This document shows, in pieces, positions 57,949 through 64,000 of a stretch of DNA of 64,000 nt. Position numbers and translations under genes: made by a program. Source of the stretch: an uncultured Pseudomonadota bacterium. GTDB lineage: Bacteria > Myxococcota_A > UBA796 > SXON01. Below the pieces are notes generated by a model. The model did no database searches and had not been told where the DNA came from. It worked only from the letters and a program-made list of their open reading frames with translations. Position 1 is the stretch's first letter. Each line of letters starts with the position of its first letter. The stretch is from contig CAIUMM010000121.1 in assembly GCA_903900265.1 (NCBI GenBank), forward strand, positions 35,269 to 99,268. Reading direction: 5' to 3'.

Positions 57949-58875
57949 ATGTCTCGTAACGTATACGTGGGAAATCTCCCTTACCGAATCACCGAAGAAG
58001 ACGTGCGCAACGTCTTCGGTCAGGACGGCCGTGAAGTCGTCTCTGTCAACCTCATCACCGATCGTGAAACGGGCCGGCCGCGTGGCTTCGGCTTCGTTGA
58101 GCTCGCCGACGAACAGCAGGCGGAAGCCTCCGTTCAGGCGCTCGACGGGTTCATGATGGAGGGGCGTCCCCTCAAGGTGAACATCGCTCGGCCCCGCGAA
58201 GGTGGCGGTGGCGGCGGAATGGGTCCCGGTGGCCCTCCGCGTCGTCCTCGGGATCCCGGTGCTCCGGCGCCGTTTTATCGTGGCCCGCGCCCTGAAGGCG
58301 GCGGCGGTGGCAGCTGGGGCGGCGGCGCTCCTGGCGGCGCTCCCGGCGGTGGCTACGGTGGTGACCGTGGCGGCGCTCCCTCTGGTGGCGGCGGCGGTTG
58401 GGGCGGCGGTGCTCCCTCTGGCGGTGGCGGCGGTTGGGGCGGCGGCGGCGGCGACCGCGGTGGCGCTCCTGGCGGCGGTTGGGGCGGTGGCGCTCCTTCC
58501 GGCGGCGCTCCCCGTCCTTCCGGCGGTGCCGGTTGGGGCGGCGGTGCTCCCAGCGGCGGCGGTGACCGTGGTGGATTTGGTGGCGCTCGTCCGAGTGGCG
58601 GCGGCTACGGCGGCGGTGGCGCTCGTCCGAGTGGCGGCGGCTACGGCGGCGGTGGCGGCGGTGGCTACGGCGGCGGTGGCGGCGGCGGCTACGGTGGTGG
58701 CGGCGGCGGCTACGGTGGTGGTGGTGGCGGCGGTGGCCGTCGTCGCCCCGAGTCCGACGTGAACGAAGAGCGCAACCGCAAGCAGGCCGAGTGGGAGCGT
58801 CGTAAGGGCAACCGCCGTGATCGCGACAGCGAGGACGGCGGCGGTTCTGACGGTGGCGGACCTGACGACGAATAG
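57949..58875 (+). CDS. RRM-domain RNA-binding protein with long Gly/Trp/Tyr/Arg-rich tail
   Basis: RNP2 VYVGNL and RNP1 RGFGFVEL within a ~80-aa RRM, followed by ~180 aa of GGGGWGGGAPSGG / GGYGGGG repeats and a charged C-terminus. Confidence 0.85.
   Translation: MSRNVYVGNLPYRITEEDVRNVFGQDGREVVSVNLITDRETGRPRGFGFVELADEQQAEASVQALDGFMMEGRPLKVNIARPREGGGGGGMGPGGPPRRPRDPGAPAPFYRGPRPEGGGGGSWGGGAPGGAPGGGYGGDRGGAPSGGGGGWGGGAPSGGGGGWGGGGGDRGGAPGGGWGGGAPSGGAPRPSGGAGWGGGAPSGGGDRGGFGGARPSGGGYGGGGARPSGGGYGGGGGGGYGGGGGGGYGGGGGGYGGGGGGGGRRRPESDVNEERNRKQAEWERRKGNRRDRDSEDGGGSDGGGPDDE
58201..58737 (+). repeat. GGC/GGT-rich low-complexity coding repeat (glycine-rich tail)
   Basis: Read directly from the sequence. 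Recurring units encode GGAPSGGGGGWGGG and GGYGGGGGG. Confidence 0.85.
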
Positions 58876-58987
58876 TCGTCGTTGTCGGTCAAGAAGGCTC
58901 GTCGGCAACGGCGGGCCTTCTTTGCTTTTGGTTTCCGGCGTTTCGCTGCGCGCCGTTCCTTCGTAGAAGTTGCGGTACACTGTGGAG

Positions 58988-59839
58988 ATGAACCTTCACA
59001 TCGGCGCGCTCCTGTTGTCTTTTGCCACCCTCGCGGTGGGTTGTGCCAAGCCACCGCCCGCGGCGCCGATGACGGTCGATGACTTGTCGGTCGCGCTGCT
59101 TCGGGATTTTGAGACCACCGGGGACGAAGAGCATGTCACCGCGCAGGCGTTGACCGAGTGGTTGCTCGTGCACGTGGACGAGCAAGACGGCTTTTCACTC
59201 GCGGACATCGCGGCCGAGGACGTCGCGGCGATGCCGTACGATGGCGGTGAGGATGGCGACCCGGACTTGAGCATGCAGCAAGGCATCGCGGTCACCCATC
59301 GTGTGCCCGGCACCCTCGAACAGCACGTCGCCATCGTGCCCGAGGCCGATCAGAGCTTCGCCGATCCGAGCTATCAGACCTGGGACCGCACCATCGTCGA
59401 GGGCGACGCCGAGAGCTTTGCCGCGGGCGAAGGACTGGTCACCGACAACGTCATCGAGAAAGCCAGCGCGTTCAACGTCGTCATTCCCTACGGCATGGGC
59501 AAGGATTATCGCTGGATCACGCTGGATATGTCCGATGTCGGAGGGGACGCGGAGACCGACACGTTGATCTTCCGGTCCTGGGTCAAGTCGCCGGGCTGGC
59601 AGCAGCTGGACGATCCCAACGCGGAGCCGCAGAACGGCTTGGTCTACGGGTGGACCATCGAGCTGTGGGTTCCGAATCCGGATGGCGAACTGATCTGGTA
59701 CAACGCCAGTTGGTGTTGGTTGAAGACGGTGATCGACGATGTCGTGGACCCGGACTACCTCGTCCAGGAGGTCATCAAGGGCACCGTGGACTACATGGAC
59801 GGCACCGGCGCACATGCGACGGGGGCTGACCAAATGTAG
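58988..59839 (+). CDS. hypothetical lipoprotein
   Basis: MNLHIGALLLSFATLAVGCAKPP lipobox. Acidic mature protein with no recognised family. The track start 58970 is an alternative. Confidence 0.6.
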   Translation: MNLHIGALLLSFATLAVGCAKPPPAAPMTVDDLSVALLRDFETTGDEEHVTAQALTEWLLVHVDEQDGFSLADIAAEDVAAMPYDGGEDGDPDLSMQQGIAVTHRVPGTLEQHVAIVPEADQSFADPSYQTWDRTIVEGDAESFAAGEGLVTDNVIEKASAFNVVIPYGMGKDYRWITLDMSDVGGDAETDTLIFRSWVKSPGWQQLDDPNAEPQNGLVYGWTIELWVPNPDGELIWYNASWCWLKTVIDDVVDPDYLVQEVIKGTVDYMDGTGAHATGADQM

Positions 59840-59861
59840 GGCAGTCGATTAGACGCCGGGG

Positions 59862-60467
59862 GTGCAGCCTCCTCCTTACATTCTCGCTATCGCTGGTGGC
59901 ACCGCCTCCGGCAAGACCACGTTCGCCGAGGTTCTGGTCGCGCGGACCGGCGCGCTGCTGATCTCTCACGATCGGTACTACCGGGATTGCCCGAACGCTG
60001 AGGGCGTCAATTTTGACCACCCCGACGCGCTCGAGACCTCGCTGCTGGTCGAACACCTCGACGCGCTGCGCCGGAATGAGCCGGTGCGTTTGCCCGACTA
60101 CGACTTTGTGACCCACCGCCGCGTCGCAGGAAAAGAGGTGCAGCCGCGCCCGATCGTGGTCGTCGAGGGCATCCTCGTGCTCGCGGATCCTGCGCTGGTC
60201 GCGCGCTGCGACCTGACGGTGTTCATGCACTGTCCCGACGATGTGCGCTTGCTGCGTCGCTTGCTGCGGGACTGCGCCGAGCGCGGTCGCACCTTGCGCA
60301 GCGTGGCGGAGCAGTACCTGACCACCGTGCGCCCGATGCACGAGCGTTTTGTCGCGCCGTGTGAGGCCGCGGCCGACATGGTGTTGGACGGGCTCATCCC
60401 CCCGGAGCCCGAGCTGGTGCGGGTTTTGGACGTGATCGCGCGCGGTGTGCGGCCGACACGGTCGTAA
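59862..60467 (+). CDS. udk: uridine kinase
   Basis: ILAIAGGTASGKTT P-loop, ISHDRYY, FDHPDA, VVVEGIL. GTG start. Confidence 0.8.
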   Translation: MQPPPYILAIAGGTASGKTTFAEVLVARTGALLISHDRYYRDCPNAEGVNFDHPDALETSLLVEHLDALRRNEPVRLPDYDFVTHRRVAGKEVQPRPIVVVEGILVLADPALVARCDLTVFMHCPDDVRLLRRLLRDCAERGRTLRSVAEQYLTTVRPMHERFVAPCEAAADMVLDGLIPPEPELVRVLDVIARGVRPTRS

Positions 60468-60486
60468 CGGTGTCAGGCGCTGTTCG

Positions 60487-61626
60487 ATGACGCGGGTCGC
60501 GCTGCTCAGCTTGCATCACGATCCGTCTTGGACCAGCCCCGCCGCGTTCATCGCGGGAGATTTCACCCGGCGCGGCTACGCGCGGGCGCTGGCGGACCGG
60601 GGTTTGGACGTGCGCGTGGTGGTCGAGGCGGAGTTTGACGCCGACGCCGTTGATACCCATGGCACCGCCATCCCCTGGCATTTTCGCCGCGCCGATCCTG
60701 CCATTCGCGTGGCGCGGCAGCTGGGTCGGGCCTGTGGGGACCGCTGGCCCGCGCTCCGCACGCCCGCGCCGCACGTAGAACGGGTGCTGCGCGCCAATCC
60801 GCCAGACCTGATCCACAGCTTTGACCTCGTGTCGTACCCGCACCTGCTGTCGCTTGGACGCCTTGGGGTGCCGCTCCTCGCGCATTTTCACGGCGGGGCG
60901 GCGGCGCGTCGCCCGGCGTGGCGGGCCCTCGAAAAACACGCGCTGAGCAAGGTGCAACGGCTGTTGTTTACAACGCGGTCGCACGCCGATGGGTGGATCG
61001 CGAACGGGTACCCGGAGGAGCGCGTGCGCGTCGTGCTCGAGACTTCGGTGGATCTGCAGCCGGTTGCGCGGCAGCGCGGCGTAGACCCGGTGCTGCTCTG
61101 CGTCGGGCGCCTCGACGCGGTCAAGGATCCGCTCACCACCCTCGCCGGCTTTGAGCGGCTGCTGCGCACGCATCCGAACGCGGTGCTGCACCTGTGCTGG
61201 ACGGACGCGCCGATGCTTGCGGCGGTGCAGGCTTACGCGCGGCGGCTCGGCGACCGCGTGCGGCTGCATGGGACGCTGCGCCATGACGCGGTGATCGCGT
61301 TGATGCGCACCGCCGATGTGCTGGTGCAAAGCTCGCTGCGCGAGGTGTGCGGCGTGGCGGTGCTCGAGGCGATGGCGCTGGGCGTTCCCCCGGTCGTCAC
61401 CGACATCCCGGCCTTTCAAGCGGTGCTGGGCGACTGTGGCGCTCGGTTCGCGGTCGGCGACGCGGAGGGGCTCGCCCAAGGCGTGCGCAGGGTGCTCGCC
61501 GATCCCAACGCCGGGGACGCGTGCCGCGACCGTTTTGAGCGGCACTTGTCCTTTGATGCGCTCTCCGCGCAACTGTGCGCGGTGTACGAGGATCTCCTCA
61601 ACGAAGCCCCGCGGCGACAGCCCTAA
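60487..61626 (+). CDS. glycosyltransferase, GT4 (GT-B fold) family
   Basis: C-terminal E(x7)E-type region SLREVCGVAVLEAMALGVPPVVTDIPAFQAV. The track ORF start (60445) is over-extended. Confidence 0.75.
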   Translation: MTRVALLSLHHDPSWTSPAAFIAGDFTRRGYARALADRGLDVRVVVEAEFDADAVDTHGTAIPWHFRRADPAIRVARQLGRACGDRWPALRTPAPHVERVLRANPPDLIHSFDLVSYPHLLSLGRLGVPLLAHFHGGAAARRPAWRALEKHALSKVQRLLFTTRSHADGWIANGYPEERVRVVLETSVDLQPVARQRGVDPVLLCVGRLDAVKDPLTTLAGFERLLRTHPNAVLHLCWTDAPMLAAVQAYARRLGDRVRLHGTLRHDAVIALMRTADVLVQSSLREVCGVAVLEAMALGVPPVVTDIPAFQAVLGDCGARFAVGDAEGLAQGVRRVLADPNAGDACRDRFERHLSFDALSAQLCAVYEDLLNEAPRRQP

Positions 61627-62123
61627 AAGTACCAGCGTCCGCCGAAGGAGACCAGCGGGCGCACAAAGCACGCAGCGCCGGCATATGCGGCGTAGCTGGC
61701 GCAGAAGCCGTTGTATCCGCCGGCGAGGCCGAGCTCACCGAACACCTCGGCGGGGACCGCCTCAAACTGCAGCGCGGTTCCTGCGCCGCCGCCCACCGCG
61801 ACCACCGGCTCTACGTAGGGGGGCACGGTGTACGCACCGACGAGCACGTCGGCGTGCCAGTAGATCGGCAGGCGCCCAAAGCTCCAGTCCTCACCCACGG
61901 TGACGAAGTTGCTCTGGAAGGACGCTTTCACGGTGTGGTAGGTGAACGCCGACCCGGCGTAGACCGCGAAGCCGCTCTTGTCGGAGACCCAGTATTTGCC
62001 GGTGACCCCGACGTAGGGATCGCCGGTTGTGACGCCTACTCCTAACTTTTTGACGCTGCCTACTTCGGAGCCGGCGTTCGCGAGGTGAGACAGCAGAAGG
62101 AGAGAGGTCAACATGGGGAGCAC
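61623..62123 (-). CDS. small outer-membrane beta-barrel-like protein
   Basis: Signal peptide MLPMLTSLLLLSHLANAGS, Gly/Tyr/Val-rich alternating strands, C-terminal ...GGRWYF. Confidence 0.5.
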   Translation of the reverse strand: MLPMLTSLLLLSHLANAGSEVGSVKKLGVGVTTGDPYVGVTGKYWVSDKSGFAVYAGSAFTYHTVKASFQSNFVTVGEDWSFGRLPIYWHADVLVGAYTVPPYVEPVVAVGGGAGTALQFEAVPAEVFGELGLAGGYNGFCASYAAYAGAACFVRPLVSFGGRWYF

Positions 62124-62177
62124 CGTAACAAAGGGGGTTGAAGGGGAAGCATAGTCTAAGCACCTGCCTCGCAGGCG

Positions 62178-62825
62178 TCACGGCGCGTACTGGAGCGCGA
62201 TCACTTCGGCGACCACGGCGGTGTACAGCGCGGCGTTGGCGCACTGCGTGGCGTGGAAGGAGCCGGTCACCCCGGCGGGCACTATCTCAAAATCACCGAT
62301 GAGCTGCTCCTCGTCGGGTTCGTCGAGGGTCACGACGCTCGGCGGCGCCGCCGCCGCGTCCACGTCGACGTCGGTGGGCGTGGTGTTGGAGAAGATGCCG
62401 TTGGTCTCGGTCACCTCCGACTCGTTCACCCGCAACCACGCGCCGAAGCCCACCCTCGGGGACGCTTCGAGCAGGCTCAGGTGCTGCTCGAGCGCGTCTT
62501 CGGTGAGCGCGTAGTCGCCCGCGCGATCGGCGCTCCAGGTGTAGAGTCCGAGCATCACGACGATCGCGCCCTCGCGTGAAAATGCGCTCGAAACTTGTGC
62601 GTTCCAGTATTGCAGCGCGGCGGCTTGCTCGTCGAGGCCGGTCGCTGGGTCATCGGGCGTGTCCTCGGGGGCGCAGGGGAGCGCCGAGTTGGTGATCAGG
62701 ACCAAGGTCTGGGTTGGACCTTCGGCGGTTTCGGAGAACCACAGCGCGCTGCGGACGCGGTCGGTGCCCTCGTCGGATCGCAGCGTGCCCATGCAGCCGG
62801 CGATAGCGAGCAGCGCCCAGATCAA
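62178..62825 (-). CDS. hypothetical lipoprotein
   Basis: (TTG)IWALLAIAGCMG lipobox. The start overlaps the upstream radical SAM stop (TTGA). Confidence 0.5.
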   Translation of the reverse strand: MIWALLAIAGCMGTLRSDEGTDRVRSALWFSETAEGPTQTLVLITNSALPCAPEDTPDDPATGLDEQAAALQYWNAQVSSAFSREGAIVVMLGLYTWSADRAGDYALTEDALEQHLSLLEASPRVGFGAWLRVNESEVTETNGIFSNTTPTDVDVDAAAAPPSVVTLDEPDEEQLIGDFEIVPAGVTGSFHATQCANAALYTAVVAEVIALQYAP

Positions 62826-63565
62826 AAGCTGCCGGGGAGCCGGGCTTCTGCGGCGATGCCCACCGCAGCGCAGGCGGCGGCGTGCCAGCGGTCGGCGCTT
62901 GCTTGGTCGCCGGTGTTCAAGCGGCGCAGGTAGATCGCGTCCTGATCGAAGGGCGGCCAGTCTCCGGCGACGCGAAATTCGCGTCCCAAAGCACGGAAGC
63001 GCTGGGACCAGTGGTCGACGAACGCGGCGGCTTCATGGCGGTTGCCGTCCTGTACGACCAGCGTGAGGTGTACGACCGGAAAACGAGCTTTTCCGCGGAC
63101 TTCGAGGAAGCGCTCGACGTTGCGGTACACGCGCTCGCCATGGTCCGCGCCTTTGACGAAGCGGTAGGCGGCCGGGGAGTACGCGTCGATGGAGAAGTGG
63201 ATCGCCTCGAAGGTGCCCGCCGCAGCGCCCGGATGATGGGCGAGGCGCACGAGCAAGCGCGCCCGATCCACCGAGAGGATCACCGCGTTGGTGTGCAGCT
63301 TGAACTTAGAGAACAAGCGGTTGTCGCGGTTCACTGCAAAAGCATATTCGACGAACGCGTCAAACTCGGGATGCAGCGTGGGCTCGCCCAGCCAGTGCGG
63401 GCACAGGTGCACGTCCGCAAGCCCCGCGAGCCCGTTGAGCCCGCGCCGCCAGGTCTCGAAGTCCATGAACCGCATCGGCGCACCGTGGGCTTCATCCCGC
63501 AGGCTTTGGCTGCACATCCGGCAGCGGATGTTGCAGTGGTCGGTGAGCTCGAGGTTGACGTTCAT
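62822..63565 (-). CDS. radical SAM protein (247 aa, no SPASM domain)
   Basis: MNVNLELTDHCNIRCRMC (CxxxCxxC). ATGA overlap with the upstream SPASM-containing gene. The track ORF start (63676) is over-extended. Confidence 0.7.
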   Translation of the reverse strand: MNVNLELTDHCNIRCRMCSQSLRDEAHGAPMRFMDFETWRRGLNGLAGLADVHLCPHWLGEPTLHPEFDAFVEYAFAVNRDNRLFSKFKLHTNAVILSVDRARLLVRLAHHPGAAAGTFEAIHFSIDAYSPAAYRFVKGADHGERVYRNVERFLEVRGKARFPVVHLTLVVQDGNRHEAAAFVDHWSQRFRALGREFRVAGDWPPFDQDAIYLRRLNTGDQASADRWHAAACAAVGIAAEARLPGSF

Positions 63566-64000
63566 GCAGGCTCGGAGAGCGTAGCCGCCTGACCCGCGCC
63601 CTGACCCGCGACTTGGGGAGAATTCGGCAGGCGATCGCGGATCGCGCGCTCGTGCACGAGGATGTTCTCGGAGCACTCGCGGCAGCGCGGCAAGGGCGTT
63701 TTTTGGAGCATGGACGTGCGGACAGTCTGCAGAAACGGATCGTGGGTCCAGGCGGCGCCGACTGAGCCGCCTGAGCCGCCTGAGCCGCCTGAGCCGATCG
63801 GGCCGCTATCGCGGATCGGGCCGCCCTCCCCGGCGAGCACGCAGCAGGGGGAGACGCGCCCGTCGGCCTGAATGACGAGGTGGTGCCACGCTTTCAGGCA
63901 CGGAGCCGCGGCGAGCCCCACACCAGGCGCGGGCGGCGGGGTGCTGAGCCCCCGCGGGCGGAGCAGCGCTTCGGCGGTGGTCTCGATCCCGAGCGTTCGG
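63562..64000 (-). CDS. C-terminal (SPASM-like) part of a radical SAM protein; 5' end beyond the window
   Basis: The frame stays open upstream of the track start (63921) to base 64000 (...RTLGIETTAEALLRPRGL...). SPASM-like Cys pattern PCLKAWHHLVIQADGRVSPCCV ... LPRCRECS. Confidence 0.6.
   Translation of the reverse strand, partial: RTLGIETTAEALLRPRGLSTPPPAPGVGLAAAPCLKAWHHLVIQADGRVSPCCVLAGEGGPIRDSGPIGSGGSGGSGGSVGAAWTHDPFLQTVRTSMLQKTPLPRCRECSENILVHERAIRDRLPNSPQVAGQGAGQAATLSEPA
63762..63796. repeat. 9-bp tandem repeat (ctgagccgc) x~3.9
   Basis: Read directly from the sequence. It encodes GSGGSGGSGGS inserted between the two Cys motifs of the SPASM-like region. Confidence 0.9.

Noticed and set aside
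62822-64000. The radical SAM/SPASM pair as an anaerobic sulfatase-maturating enzyme for the sulfatase-family gene at 35442.
   Set aside because: The sulfatase-family protein has Thr-Gly-Pro-Ser-His rather than a Cys/Ser-x-P-x-R maturation motif. The genes are also 26 kb apart on opposite strands.

Overview
High-GC (roughly 68-70% by eye) bacterial chromosome segment spanning the replication origin. The core is a divergent rpmH-rnpA-yidD-yidC-jag (minus) / dnaA-dnaN-recF-gyrB (plus) block with a low-GC, DnaA-box-bearing dnaA-dnaN spacer. Gene orientation flips there: mostly minus to the left, plus to the right. A MYXO-CTERM-type sorting tail, a CdnL-type CarD protein, many lipoproteins and a large Ser/Thr kinase suggest Myxococcota; this is inference, no search was run. 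I call about 60 protein genes. I found no rRNA, tRNA, CRISPR array, transposase or integrase. Housekeeping genes include cysS, aroC, xthA, fabH, udk, comF-like and a VKOR-thioredoxin fusion. Accessory loci, in order of interest: (1) a minus-strand operon of a B12-binding radical SAM enzyme, a rubrerythrin-like protein and a GyrB-ATPase/transducer fused to a SAM methyltransferase (37.3-41.4 kb); (2) a seven-gene overlapping operon with two guanidino-modifying enzymes, two sulfotransferase-like proteins, an Fe-S protein, an S51-like protein and an esterase (28.0-35.4 kb); (3) an rfbF-rfbG-rfbH dideoxyhexose cluster led by a B12-radical SAM gene (0.9-6.3 kb); (4) a coupled xth / 832-aa flavoprotein-like / kinase / unknown operon (6.3-13.5 kb); (5) a coupled ArsA-like ATPase pair after fabH; (6) an RRM protein with a ~180-aa glycine-rich tail; (7) a radical SAM/SPASM plus radical SAM pair at the right edge. 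Most long ORFs in the track that lie antisense to these genes are high-GC artefacts. All functional calls rest on motif reading and remembered family signatures; no database or HMM search was possible.
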